Of a stretch of DNA of 64,000 nt, positions 1-12,094 are shown piece after piece. A model generated the notes under the pieces. That model did not search any database. It was not told where the DNA came from and saw nothing but the letters and a program-made list of their open reading frames with translations. Both the position numbers and the translations under genes were made by a program. This stretch comes from Squalus acanthias (lineage: Eukaryota): positions 119,104,001-119,168,000 of the forward strand of contig CM059432.1 in the NCBI GenBank assembly GCA_030390025.1. Direction: 5' to 3'. Position 1 is the stretch's first letter. Each line of letters opens with the position of its first letter.

Positions 1-803
1 CCCTGGAAGGATCCGGAGGCAAAAATGTTGAGAGCAGCGGTGACTTTGACAGTCACTGGTAATGAGTGGCCACCAGGTCCAGCAGGGAGCAGGTCTTCCT
101 CTAGGAGGCTGCAGATGTCAGCCACCACCTGACACGACAATCTCAGCCTCCGGAAGCACTGCTGTTCCGAGAGGTCAAGGAGGCTGAGCCTCTGCCTGTT
201 ACAAGGGTCGTGCCTCCTGCGAGTTCGACCCCTCTCTGCTGCTCCCCTCTCTGCTGACCAACTGCAGGTCTCTCCACAGCAGCCTTTTGCTGCTCTTGAT
301 GGTTATCTTGCTCCTCGTCAGAAGTCCAATCTAAGGCAGCTACGGTGCCACCCATCCTGATCTTGACTCTCAATACCTCCAAAGTGCAGAAATTACCCTC
401 TCACCACAAGTAATCTCAAAAAACCCTTTCCCACTGGGAGGTAAGAAAGCAACTGTGAGCACTGAGTATTTATTGGTGTATTTGCCTGACTTTTAATGAG
501 CCCCGTGAATTGCCGTTCTCTTCTCGCCTTGGTTTCAATGGTAAGTTGCAGGAAGCCCGGGAAACCCATGGATGCGCCGTTAAATTTAAATGCTGGTTGA
601 AATGTCGTTGCAATTCACTGAGTTAAATATTCAAATTGCTAACCCACCACTCCGGAGGGGGTTATACACACGCACCAAATGCATCCGAGTTAAAGCTGGA
701 AGTTGGCGTGTTGGAGCCGGCTTCCAGACGCGATCACATTTTTGCCGACTAGCCTCCCGCCTACTCTTAAACCCGTACACTCTTCAATCTTAAATTTCCC
801 CCC
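1..803 (-). mobile_element. PIF/Harbinger family A, transposase-side end (5' part of decayed transposase plus terminus), cut by window start
   Basis: 1-350 is collinear with 44393-44770, which encodes a Harbinger transposase N-terminus (DICxLLEEDLLPAGPGG..LPV..KVT..LN.FASGSFQG); ends in TIR-like AAATTTCCCCCC at ~792-803. Confidence 0.8.
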
Positions 804-942
804 AAAAAGTCTGTTGATACAGATCTTTTCTTCATATATTTGCAATGGCCAACATATTGCTAAAATAAATCCAACCTCCACAGTCCCTGTGTTACTTCGC
901 TATGAATACATCTCCGTAACACACTTGCACAATTTCAAAGAT

Positions 943-1250
943 AGGCCTCGATATTAACTCCGAGACATGTTGGGAGTGGGGTGGGGGCTCCGATGTCGGG
1001 CGGAAAACCCGGAAGAAAGTTCAGCTTGTCTGCCAGTGGCTTTTTAACTCAACTAGCTCATTAGCATTTTACTTCCAGGTTTGGCATCCAATCAACGGCA
1101 GCGGGCGTGATGAGGACCCGCATGGCACGACCTCAGCTGCAGTATTTAAAGAGCCAATCCGAAGATGGAATTTGGAGGAGTTGGAGTTTGGAACAAGAGA
1201 AGAGAAGGTGTGTCAATGGAGTTCAGGGCAAAGGCTGCGCTGCGGTTCAA
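943..1250 (+). mobile_element. Harbinger family A, Myb-side terminal fragment
   Basis: Collinear with 34205-34505 (AAACCCGGAA..GTCTG.CAGTGGCTTTTTA.CTCA.CTA..., ATGGAGT.CAG...GGGCAAAGGCTGCGC). Confidence 0.7.
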
Positions 1251-1556
1251 TAACGTTCAATAGTGCAACACTGATTTGATGCAACGCTCCAGCCGATGCC
1301 CTCTCTTAACCTCGCACAGCTGAACACGATGCTAAGCAGCATGAAGGACCCCCTGCCAGTGCTATTTAAAGGGATCATCAACTATTTACAGGTTAGTTGC
1401 TGGTTTATTTCTTCTGGCTGTTGCTACAATGCTCCACGGTTTTGGTGCTTCCCATAGTTAGTTCAGGTTTCAAAAATCTACAGGGAGCGGTGTGGCAGGT
1501 GCTGAAGTACTTTAAGCTGACTTCACGGTTTCTGCAGAAACCAGTTGCTCCCAGAC

Positions 1557-2320
1557 ATGGGTGCACTAGTAGGCCTTCCTCTTGGAATAGAGCATGACTG
1601 GGTGAACGAGCAGAGGCCACACAGAGCAGGACAAGTCGCTAGAAGTGGGAGGAGGAGGAGGGGGAGAAGGGCTCTCAGCAGGAGGCCCAGGGTGGTCAGG
1701 GAGCAATTCACCTACCTGAACCTCAGCAATGACCAATCTTTGAGACGTCTGCGCTTCAATAAGGAAGACCTCACTGAAATCTGCCACCTGCTGCAGCCAC
1801 AACTCCAACCTCAGAGCAGGGCGAGGACAGCATTGCCAGTGGCTGTGAAGGTGACCGGGGCTATAAACTTTTATGCGTCTGACTCTTCCAGGCTGCTGCT
1901 GGAGATATTTGCAACATGTGGCCGTTTGCAGTCCACTGTTCCATAAGGGAGGTCACCGAGGCTTTCTATTCAAAGAGAGATAATTTCATTTCATTCCCTC
2001 TTCCCAGAGAGAAGCAGGCAAAGTGAGCATGAGGGTTTGCAAGGATTGCAGGCTTCCCCATGGTGCAGGGTGCCATTGACTGCACGCACATCGCTTTGTG
2101 GGCGCCCCATGTCACATCTGCCATGTACCGGAACCGGAATGATGCCACTCCCTCAGCATCCAGCTGGTGTGTGACCATAGGCAGCACACCATGCAGGTCA
2201 ATGCCCAGTACCCTGGCGTCAGAGGAGGAGGCAGAAGAGGAGGAAGAGGAAGGGAGGCTGCAACCTAGACAGCCCCTTTCTGCCCGGGCTGTACCTGAAG
2301 AACTAATTCAAGGGCGATAC
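1557..2320 (+). pseudogene. Harbinger (HARBI1-like) DDE transposase pseudogene, frameshifted and internally deleted
   Basis: ORFs 1545-1946 (LRRLRF..ICHLLQPQL..ALPVAVKVT) and 2060-2323 (VQGAIDCTHI, first catalytic Asp motif); jumps to acidic C-terminal tail at ~2220. Confidence 0.85.
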
Positions 2321-3056
2321 TAGGGGGATAGATTATAAAAACAGGGAGGTATTGCTGCAGTTATATAAGGTATTGGTGAGACCGCACCTGGAATACTGCA
2401 TACAGTTTTGGTGTCCATACTTAAGAAAAGACATACTTGCTCTCGAGGCAGTACAAAGAAGGTTCACTCGGTTAATCCCGGGGATGAGGGGGTGGACATA
2501 TGAGGAGAGGTTGAGTAGATTGGGACTCTACTCATTGGAGTTCAGAAGAGTGAGAGGCGATCTTATTGAAACATATAAGATTGTGAAGGGGCTTGATCGG
2601 GTGGATGCGGTAAGGATGTTCACAAGGATGGGTGAAACTAGAACTAGGGGGCATAATCTTAGAATAAGGGGCTGCTCTTTCAAAACTGACATGAGGAGAA
2701 ACTTCTTCACTCAGAGGGTAGTAGGTCTGTGGAATTTGCTGCCCCAGGAAGCTGTGGAAGCTACATCATTAAATAAATTTAAAACAGAAATAGACAGTTT
2801 CCTAGAAGTAAAGGGAATTAGGGGTTACGGGGAGCGGGCAGGAAATTGGACATGAGGCTGAGTTTGGATCGGTCGAGGTCCTGTGGGTGGCGTAGCGGGC
2901 CCAGGGGCTGAGTGGTCGGGTCCTGCTCCTACTTCTTGTGTTCTTTAGATTTGAGGTGAGGATCAGATCAGCCATGATCTTATTGAATGGCGGAGCAGGT
3001 TCGAGGGGCCGATTGGCCTACTCCTGCTCCTATTTCTTATGTTCTTATGTTCTTAT
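2321..3056 (+). mobile_element. CR1/L3 LINE, 5'-truncated 3' end
   Basis: ORF 2352-2855 LYKVLVRPHLEYC..RRFTRLIPG..RRVRGDLIETYKI; (TTCTTATG)n tail; GATAC duplicated at 2316-2320 and 3057-3061. Confidence 0.95.
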
Positions 3057-3224
3057 GATACCAGTAACCTCAAACCCAATTCCCCATTCACCAACACTCC
3101 TCACCTTGCCTCTGTCACTGACCATCACATCGTCCTCTTGGCCACAATGTATAGATAAAAGCCAACACAAAATAAACATTCCAAACCAAATTTATAAATG
3201 AAATCATGCCATATTGCATACAAA

Positions 3225-5045
3225 CTTAAACTGATCACCTTTGTGCATTCCCTTAGTGTGCCTTTGCCTATCTTAGTGCTCCTATGCAGTGCTACCCCAG
3301 TGGCTGCAGCATGGCTGGTGGAAGGCAGCTGACTTTCAGTGGAGGAGACTGCAGATGACCTTGGAGGATAACCTCGAGCAGCTCTGGGCCTAGAAGGGCT
3401 GGCTTCAGACTGCAGCGTTCCGGCATGGGTGGCGGCAGTCTGGGCTGGCTGGCTGACAGGCAACATCAAGAGAACTGGTGAAGTGGCAGTGGCGGGAGGA
3501 TGAATGCTATTACCCTGAGAGAGGACAGCAGGCTCGTGCTCCATGGAGCCACTGCCACTCACCTGGGGCGGCGCCTCAGCAATCCTAGCAATCTGTTGGA
3601 GGACAGATTGCTGCACTGCTGTGATACGCTTGAAGTCCCTTTGAATGCTGGTATTCACAGCCATGATAACAGCAGTCTGAGCTTCCACTGCAGCACTCAG
3701 ACGTTGGGTGGCCGCTGCTTGTGCTGCAATGGAAGCTGAGACATCGGCCATCAGACGCTGCATCATGGTTGGTTCCACATGTATTGATGGAGTTGGCCAG
3801 CAGTTCCATGCTGGAAAGGATGGGCTCCAAGCTCTGCACAAAGTCCTGTGCCAAGTTAGTGCCGGACTCCTCCCTGCACCTTGACATTGAATGAAGACTT
3901 TTTTGCAGGCTTTCAAGTGCACCAAGCATTTCGGTGTGTAGACCCATTTGCTTTTTTTTGTAGCCTGGCCCATCGAAGTCATCATCTGAATCCTCTGCAG
4001 CAGAACTAGTATGCGACCTCGCCCTTTGGCGAGTTGGCACCTGTGCTATCCTTTCCCCCCCGCCCTGGCTGCCCGGTATCTCACCACATGCAAAGCCCAC
4101 CTCTTTGCTATCCTCTAAGTTACATGCAGTGTCAGTACCCGAGCTTGTGGCTCCGAGTGTGAAATCGAGTGACGGTGTGTCTTCATCATCACTGCCTGCT
4201 TGATCTTCCTCCACTGCCTGGGCAGGTTGCACATCTTGGGTATCTAAAAGGAGAAAGGCACAAGGGTAGGGTTGTGGTGAGGGGAATGAAGAAACTAAGA
4301 AGACAATGCTTACACCATCTGCAGCTTTTAAGTCAGAAGAGTTTCTGGGTTGAGGGGGAAGTGGGATGTGAGAAAGAGGATCAGGTATGAGGATACCCTC
4401 ATCTTCAATGGATTCAGCCCCACTGGTGGCCACAGCCTCAGCAAGGCCCTTCCCACAATGGCCAGCACCATCTCCTCTATGGGGATAAGAATCTGCAGGC
4501 GCGACTCTCCCCCTCCGGTTAGTTCCTGCTGCCTCTTGTTGTGCGCCACCTTGGCCTGCAAGAGAGAGGGAAGTGTGTCAGTGAGTGTCGTGCAATGTGT
4601 TTGGGAGATATGGCTGTCATGGTTGAATAGCTGGTAGTGTGTGCAATGTGTGAGATGTGGGTTTGAGGCTTGCACCAGTGCTAAGTGTGAGGGTGAGATG
4701 AAGCTATGAATGTTAGTTATGAGTCTTGATTGATAGAGATTGTTGGTAGGTGAGTGATGGGGGTGTGGTGAATTGAGGAGTGTGTGAGGCTAGTTGTGCA
4801 GTTGGTAGGATGTGGCATTTGAAGATGCATTCATTGACCTTGACAACTCGTGTGAGGTCATTAAACTTCTTGTCACATTGCATCCAGGTCCTTGGGGCTA
4901 AACTCCTGGCATTGACCTCCACGGCTAACTGTTTCCACTGCTTTCTCATCATGTGTCTGGAGGACCTCCTTTCCACCTTTTCCACCAAGACCTCCAGTGC
5001 AACGTCCAAAAACCTTGGTGCACTCTCTCTCCCATGGTCAGCCAT
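3225..5045 (-). pseudogene. Harbinger Myb/SANT-like DNA-binding protein gene, three exons (5045-4839, 4555-4397, 4243-~3225), frameshifted
   Basis: APRFLDVALEVLV..W..LAVEVNA...RTWMQCDKKFNDL in exon 1; GT-AG introns 4838-4556 (phase 0) and 4396-4244 (phase 1) with polypyrimidine tracts. Confidence 0.85.
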
Positions 5046-5671
5046 TGTTTGTTGCACAGCACTATTCTCAATGTTTAAGAGGTGCAGGCTACCTTTAAGT
5101 AGTGCAGACTAGCTTTAAGTAGTGCAAGTAAGTAACAATACTGGCCCAGTGCTGATGTGTGTAGCCAATGAACAGCACGGTTAGCGCTGGCTGGACACAG
5201 AAATCATTATAATGAGCAGGCAGCACGAAGTTGGCATTCTGCCTGCATTACACTGAACAGGCACGGGGTAATCACGCATCGCGATCCTGGCGCCATTTTC
5301 GGAGGCTATCCAATTTAGCCCCCCTTGTTTAGTCTCATGACGAGTTGCAGGTGCCGAGAAGCCATTTCATAGCATGAGTCAGCAGGAGAGGAGGGGACAG
5401 AACAGGGGGAAATTATGGGGGTAAATTGTCGGAGTATGGAGCGAACATTTGATTTAAATCCAAACAATTGGTCACTATCCTGCCTTGTTCAAAAACACAG
5501 TTTGTGCTAGTAACTATCATGTGCAGTCTATACTCACGTTTGAAATAATAAGCATTGAATTTTGCAAGGTATGGTTGTTACTGATGTGAGTAGCTTTTCA
5601 TCAACCACTTAATTCAAATACGCTTACCTTGGGGAAACTAAGGCTACAGATAAACTATTTAGATTAAATAG

Positions 5672-6770
5672 TCAAAAGCAAAATACTGCGGATGCTGGAA
5701 ATCTGAAATAAAATCAGAAAATGCTGGAAATACTCAGCAGGTCAGGCAGCAACTGTGGCAAGAGAAACAAAGTTAATGGGCCAGAAATTCGGCTTTCCGG
5801 CTTCCTGCGGGTGCAAGCATCGCGCGCGTACTTGCCTACCGCGCCTGCAGTTGTGCTTTGGGCCCACGAGGACTTCGGGTCCTGGGCCTCCTGCAGCTGC
5901 CGGCGCGCAGTGCTTGTGTATCCCAGGGGCGCAGTTAGTTCGAAGCGTCCCCTGGGATCACGTGGGCCATGGAGAGCCAATCCTTGCAGGGCATTTTCAT
6001 TCATAGATTTGACAGGAAGACCTGTCAAATCTATGAATAGAGATCGACCCCAAAACCACACTTAAACTTCAAATAAATTTTTAAAAAAACATCACATTTT
6101 TAAAATAACTGTAAGTTAAATAAATTAACTACTTTAAACAAAAATTTAAATTTTTGAAAAAATTAATTATACTTTTTAACGGTGCTAAAAATAAACTATC
6201 TATAAAGTAAAGTATCTATAAAAGATAAACCTGTTGAAAAAATGTTTACATTGTAATTAATTAACCACTTACCTTGTTAAAAACAGGCCTTGCGCCTCCT
6301 TTTTAAAAGTGCAGCTTCTTCATACTTACCTTCCCGGAGAAACCTGAAAAAAAACCTGAAGTTCGCTGCGTGCACGCAGCCTCTCCTGCGCACGCATTCG
6401 ACTTCTGAACCCATCCCTTCAGGGGAACGGAAGTTCCGGTTTCCTGCGCAAGCGCAGTGCATGCAGGAAACCGGCACTTCAGGTGGCCTTACGGGTGAGT
6501 ACACAGCGCGTACTCACCCGACAAGAGCCGAATTTCTGGCCCATTTTTCAGGTCGATGGCCTCTCATTAGAACTGGAGAAGAAGTTAGAAATGTAACAGG
6601 TTTTAAACAAGTACAGAGGCAGGGATAGGGCAGAGGGGAGGAAAGAACAAAAGGAATGGTCCGTGATAGGGTGGAAGGCAAGAGAGATTAAATGAGAAAA
6701 GGGATGACAGTGCAAGGCAAAAGGGGTTGGTAATGGGACAAGTAAAGAAACAAAAGATGAGTCTAGAGGA
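5672..6770 (-). mobile_element. Penelope-like element 3' end (pLTR) with degenerate hammerhead core, split by MITE 5778-6542
   Basis: 5672-5777 is the reverse complement of the repeat at 18638-18741 and 56795-56886; minus strand reads CTAATGA-gaggccatcgacct-GAAA at 6570-6546. Confidence 0.7.
5778..6542. mobile_element. Non-autonomous PIF/Harbinger-type MITE (765 bp)
   Basis: Perfect 17-bp TIRs GGGCCAGAAATTCGGCT (5778-5794, 6526-6542), AT on both flanks, GC-rich arms and AT-rich core. Confidence 0.9.
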
Positions 6771-7353
6771 ATCATAGAATCATAGAATGTTTACAGCACA
6801 GAAGGAGGCCATTCGGCCCATCGAGCCTGTGACGGCTTTCTGCAAGAGCACTTCAGCTAGTCCCCATAGCCCTGCAATTGTTTTCCTTCCAATTCCCTTT
6901 CGAAAGCCACGATTGAATCTGCCTCCACACCCTTTCAGGCAGTGCATTACAGATCCGAACCACTCGCTGCAGAAAAAAGTTTTTTCTCATGTAGAATTTT
7001 GTTTTGCTGCCAATCACCTTAAATCAGTGTCCTCTGGTTCTCGACCCTTCTGCCAATGGGAACAGTTTCTCTCTATCTACTCTGTCTAGACTCCTCATGA
7101 TTTTGAACACCTCTATCAAATCTCCTTTCAACCTTCTCTGCTCTAAGGAGAACAACCCCAGCTTCTCTAGTCTATCGTCATAACTGAAGTCCCTCATCCC
7201 TGGAACCATTCTTGTAAATCTTTTCTGCACCGTCTCTAAGGCCTTCACATCCTTCCTAAAGTGCGATGCCCAGAATTGGACACAATACTCCAGTTGAGGC
7301 TGAACCAGTGTTTTATAAATGTTCATCATAACTTCCTTGCTTTTGCACTCTGT
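6771..7353 (-). mobile_element. CR1 LINE 3' part (continues at 12095-12605)
   Basis: ORF 7024-7329 CR1 ORF2 C-terminus; (ATTCTATG)n tail at 6771-6788. Confidence 0.93.
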
Positions 7354-8201
7354 GGGGCTGGATTTTGTCAGTGTAGGCGGGCTGGGACGTGTCAGGTGGA
7401 AATCGTGTCAGGACCCCGACTCCTAAGTGAAGTGTTGAAAAAGTTGGATTTTCCCCGAATTGGGCAATTGATTTCCTGCGTGTGGGAACACCTGGCCCAA
7501 TGAGTCTTTTCATACAGAAAGTCGCCTCCGATGACATCATCAATGCTGCTGGATTTAAGACCTGAAAGCAGCCTTGCTTCCTCTGGAGACTGCAAAGGTT
7601 CTGCAAATTGTATGAAGGTGTTGATTTCCCGACAATATCCACGATCAAGCAAAAGTGTGCACCTCGGTTTGATGAGCCCTCCCTCCAAGCTCTGGTGCAC
7701 GGAGCCAGCTGTAATAAGGAGGTGCTGTTCCCTTCCTCAGGGAGAAAAAAGCCACCCCAGCAGACAAAAGCTGTGTGGCTGCAAGTGGCCCAGGAGGTCA
7801 ACTCCATTTCGCTGAGCCGCAGAACCTGGCTGCAATGCAGGAAGAGGTTCCATGAGCTTCTCCGCACAGGAAAAGTGAGTATGACTTTCCCATCACCCTC
7901 AATCTGATCCCCATCGCCTCTCCTCACCAGCACTCTGCTTTGCCAACCTCTTCCTCCACATGCCACTTGACACTTACATGCCTGCACCCTTACCCATTCC
8001 CTCTCTCTCGAAGGTCACATTCACTTAACTATTCAACCGTGCAGCCCTCACACTCCCTATCACTGTGATGCCATGACAACAACAACTTTCAACACACAGG
8101 GATTGTCCTTTGTATCCTTCTAAGCATCTATGCTATGGATTATCTACACTCACTCCTTCATTCTCACTCAAACTCCACTTGTGTCCCTCATTGCAGGAAA
8201 A

Positions 8202-9696
8202 TTGAATAGACTCTGGAACAGTTCCCATGGATTGGAGGGTAGCTAATGTAACCCCACCATTTAAAAAAGGTGGTGGAGAGAAAACGGGGAATTATAGACC
8301 GGTAAGCCTGACATCAGTAGTGGGGAAAATGCTAGAGTCCATTATAAAAGATGTAATAGCAGAGCACATGGAAAACAGTGACAGGATCGGACAAAGTCAA
8401 CATGGATTTACAAAAGGTAAATCATGCTTGACTAATCTACTGGAATTTTTTGAGGATGTAACTGGTAGAATAGATAAGGGAGAACCAGTGGATGTGGTGT
8501 ATTTGGACTTTCAGAAGGCTTTCGATGAGGTCCCGCATAAGAGATTAGCGTGCAAAGTTAAAGCACATGGGATTGGGGGTAAGGTACTGATTTGGATAGA
8601 GAACTGGTTGGCAGACAGGAAGCAAAGAGTTGGAATAAATGGGTCTTTTTCCGAGTGGCAGGCAGTGACTAGTGGGGTACCGCAGGGATCAGTGCTAGGA
8701 CCCCAGTTATTCACAATATATATTAATGATCTAGATGAGGGAACTAGATCTAATATCTCCAAGTTTGCAGATGACACAAAGCTGGGTGGGTGTGTGTGCT
8801 GTGAGGAGGATGCAGAGAAACTCCAGTATGATTTGGACAGGTTGGGTGATTGGGCAGATGCATGGCAGATGCAGTATAATGTGGATAAATGTGAGGTTAT
8901 CCACTTTGGTGGCAAAAACAGGAAGGCAGATTATTATCTGAATGGCAATAGATTGGGAGAAGGGGAAGTACAACGAAACCTGGGTGTCCTTGTGCACCAG
9001 TCGCTGAAGGTAAGCATGCAGGTGCAGCAGGCAGTTAAGAAGGCAAATGGTATGTTGGCCTTCATAGCGAGAGGATTCGAGTACAGGAGCAAGGATGTCT
9101 TGCTGCAGTTGTACAGGGCCTTGGTGAGACCACACCTTGAGTACTGTGTGCAGTTTTGGTCGCCTTATCTGAGGAAGGATGTTCTTGCCATGGAGGGAGT
9201 GCAGCGAAGATTCACCAGACTGATACCTGGGATAGCAGGAATGACGTATGAAGAGAGATTGGGGCGATTGGACTTATATTCGCTAGAGTTTAGAAGAATG
9301 AGAGGGGATCTCATTGAAACTTATAAAATTCTAACAGAACTAGACAGACTAGATGCAGGAAGGGTGTTCCCGATGGCGGTGGCGTCCAGAACCAGGGGTC
9401 ACAGTCTAAGGATAAGGCGTAAGCCATTTAGGACTGAGATGAGGAGGAATTTCTTCACCCAGAGAGTGGTGAACCTGTGGAATTCTCTACCACAGAAGGC
9501 AGTTGAGGCCAATTCATTAAATATATTCAAGAAGGAGTTAGATATATTTCGTAAGGCTAAAGGGATCAAGGGATATGGGGAGAAAGCAGGGACAGGGTAC
9601 TGAATTTGGATGATCAGCCATGATCTCATTAAATGGCGGAACAGGCTTGAGGGGCCGAATGGCCTACTCCTGCTCCTATCTTCTATGTTTCTATGT
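8202..9696 (+). mobile_element. CR1/L3 LINE, 5'-truncated
   Basis: (TTCTATGT)n tail; AAAA at 8198-8201 and 9697-9700 restores the exon start GAAAAGAGAGCCCAC. Confidence 0.95.
8227..9603 (+). CDS. CR1 ORF2 fragment with an uninterrupted reverse transcriptase domain (458 aa)
   Basis: [32 protein letters not shown] motifs in one open frame; no endonuclease domain. Confidence 0.9.
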   Translation: MDWRVANVTPPFKKGGGEKTGNYRPVSLTSVVGKMLESIIKDVIAEHMENSDRIGQSQHGFTKGKSCLTNLLEFFEDVTGRIDKGEPVDVVYLDFQKAFDEVPHKRLACKVKAHGIGGKVLIWIENWLADRKQRVGINGSFSEWQAVTSGVPQGSVLGPQLFTIYINDLDEGTRSNISKFADDTKLGGCVCCEEDAEKLQYDLDRLGDWADAWQMQYNVDKCEVIHFGGKNRKADYYLNGNRLGEGEVQRNLGVLVHQSLKVSMQVQQAVKKANGMLAFIARGFEYRSKDVLLQLYRALVRPHLEYCVQFWSPYLRKDVLAMEGVQRRFTRLIPGIAGMTYEERLGRLDLYSLEFRRMRGDLIETYKILTELDRLDAGRVFPMAVASRTRGHSLRIRRKPFRTEMRRNFFTQRVVNLWNSLPQKAVEANSLNIFKKELDIFRKAKGIKGYGEKAGTGY

Positions 9697-12094
9697 AAAA
9701 GAGAGCCCACAATAAGAGGGAAAGAGCCATGACAGGAGAAGGGCCACACTCAGTAGCCCAGCTCACCGCCTGGGAGGAGGCGGCTCTCGGAATCGCCGGG
9801 ATCGAGGAGGATTCCCAAGTGGGAGACTAACAGACGGGCGCATCACAGCAAGCTGGAGACAGAATAGTTTGGCATCTCTCTCATTGACATTGCATGAGTC
9901 ACTGATACTGAATCTGATGCTCTAACAGATTGACTTATGATCATCTGTACTATTCAATGTTCATGTAACCTTGACCTCACATCTCTAACTCTTTCCTTTA
10001 CTCCCCCACAGGACCATCGAAAGCCCCCATCCCCACTGTCCAGGAGGAAGAGCCTGAGCTTCCAGACTCCTCAGAGGAAGCTGCAACCTCTGAGGGCGCA
10101 GTGTCAGCAGAAATCAGCGCACCCAGCACCAGCGCAGACACTCACACCTCGGTGGGACCTTCACGAGATAGAGTAGAGTTGGCACCTTGTGTATCACAGC
10201 TCACAAGTGAGCATCAGCAGATGGTGGAGACAGGGACAGCAGTGGAGAGTCCTCGTCGGAGGGCACAGGACTCTGCCAGCTTGTCTCAGCTGCATGTCGA
10301 CCCTGTGCCTCCAGGTCCATCCAGAAGCAGAGCGGTGCTGGAACTCCAGGAATAGGTGCAGGAGTCTCTGGCAGGTTTTGTCTCCAGGGTCGGTGCGAGT
10401 GTCGAGTGAATGGAGGAGTCCATCGCAAACATGAGCAGAGCCTTTGTGGAGGAATTGGCGCATGAACGCATCACCACGGAAAGGATGGCAACCTCCGTGG
10501 AAAGGATGGCTACAGTAGAGGAGAGGATGGCTATGGCCATGGAGGAGCTATATCGCCAGAGTGTAGAAAGCATGGTCATTGTTCAGAATAGACTGGCATC
10601 TCTTGAGGAGTGATGGTCAGCTACTGAGCATAGAAACCAGACCTTCATGGAAGTCCTCTGGAGTAGGACTTCCAGTGCAGAAACGGGTCCTCATGGCCCC
10701 CCTGAAGTGCAGCAATGTGCTGTCAAGCCACTTGCTAGCTCTGAAGTGGGGCTGACCCATGAGAGGGATGTTGGTGGCAGACAACAAGGAAGTGGGGGCT
10801 CCTCTTCAAGCGCTCAAACGACCATGCCACTGCAAAGTCCTCGGTCAGAGCCCCACCAGAGTCCTCACCCAACTGAGGTGGGCGTCTCATCCCCTGCACA
10901 GCCGCAGGAGCAGCAGACTGTTGCCGAGCCCTCACAGGTTTGCAACCCCAGAGGACGCCCGCCAAAGGTGTCGAGACAGGAGCAGCAAGAAAGTGAGCAA
11001 GGAGCCTCCACATCTGCTGAAGCCACAGGGGAAACACCATGTAGGAGCACGCGTAAGAGGAAGATAATGCACAAGTAGTCACAAGGGTAGTCACTTGGGT
11101 GTTATGTTGTGTTTATTTTTGAAATGCCACCAGTTGCTTGTTGTGATAAAAAATTCTGATGGCAAACTGTTGAAGTTGTGGCCTGTGTCATTTCGCAAAT
11201 GGGACTTCCACATTGAGAGCTTAGAGCGACTTGCAATTGTTAGTATGGTGGTCAGAGTGATAGGAATCCACAGGTTCTTGTCCATTGTCGATGCTTTGGT
11301 AAGAAGGTGCGAGGCAAAAGTGCTTGATTGTACAGGCTAAGCAAATGTGACCAACATGAGTGCGTCCCTTGCATCCTGGGCAGCAATATGGTCGTGCTCT
11401 GGCGACTTCTGGCCTCTGCATCTTCAGGTGGGTGACTAGCAGCTTGGTGCTCCTGTTGATGCTCCTGCTGTTGGTGCTGCTGTTTCTCATGGTTCTGCTG
11501 CTGCCGCGGCTGGTCTTCATCCTAATCTGATGTCCAGGAGGAAAGGAATTAAATGGTCGCCATGCTTCTGGTATATGCCTCAGTTGAGGAAGCGCTTAGT
11601 CAAGGTGGGGAGAGGGGTTTCCCAGGAGGTCACACTGGAGATGGGTGTCAGGCTCCAAACTTCCACAACACTGAGTATGCCTGCTAAAAGTTCCCCCGGA
11701 CCTGAAACAACAAAGTTCTGCCACCTGCAAATGATCATTGGTGAAAACTCCTTTGTAATGGTGGAGCTGCAGCTGTTCGTGAGCAATCCACTTGTGAGGC
11801 CGCCAGCATTACCTGTCGTGTTGCAGAGGAGGCGTGAGGGATGGGGGAAATGACTAAAAATCGGAAAGGCCTCTCAAAATAGGATTATAGTGGCTATTAA
11901 GTGGTTGTTAAGGGCCTTAAGGGCCTATCCCGCCTCTTGGAGGCGGGATGGAAAGGGGGTCAGAAAACACGCATGTGGGAAAATTGCTCGGAGGCGGGAT
12001 GGAGGCGGGATCGGGCACGCCCGCCATTTTTGGCGATTTTAACAACTCACACGCCTCCAATCCCGCCTCCTCGGGCCTGGCAAAATCAAGCCCT

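Larger units (their letters stand above)
1256..5323. mobile_element. Harbinger family B element (convergent transposase and Myb/SANT genes), left end truncated, CR1 inserted
   Basis: Transposase remnant on +, three-exon Myb/SANT gene on -, TIR-like AATTTAGCCCCC at right end; collinear with 35428-43432. Confidence 0.85.
7608..11078 (+). pseudogene. Myb/SANT-like gene, three exons; exon 2 interrupted by CR1 8202-9696
   Basis: APRFDEPSLQALV..VWLQVAQEVNS..RTWLQCRKRFHELLRTGK then GTGAGT donor at 7875; acceptor ttgcag at 8196; exon 3 from ~10012 ending CRSTRKRKIMHK*; internal stops. Confidence 0.8.
7354..12094 (+). mobile_element. Harbinger-type element carrying a Myb/SANT gene, with transposase largely deleted; inserted in a CR1
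   Basis: TIRs GGGCTGGATTTTG / CAAAATCAAGCCC; flanking CR1 halves join seamlessly. Confidence 0.88.

Noticed and set aside
5624..5655. Minus-strand microexon (CTGTAG|16 nt|GTAAGC)
   Set aside because: Not frame-preserving, weak pyrimidine tract and no supporting neighbouring exons
6546..6570. Functional hammerhead ribozyme
   Set aside because: Core mutated (CUAAUGA) and split from its cleavage site by the MITE
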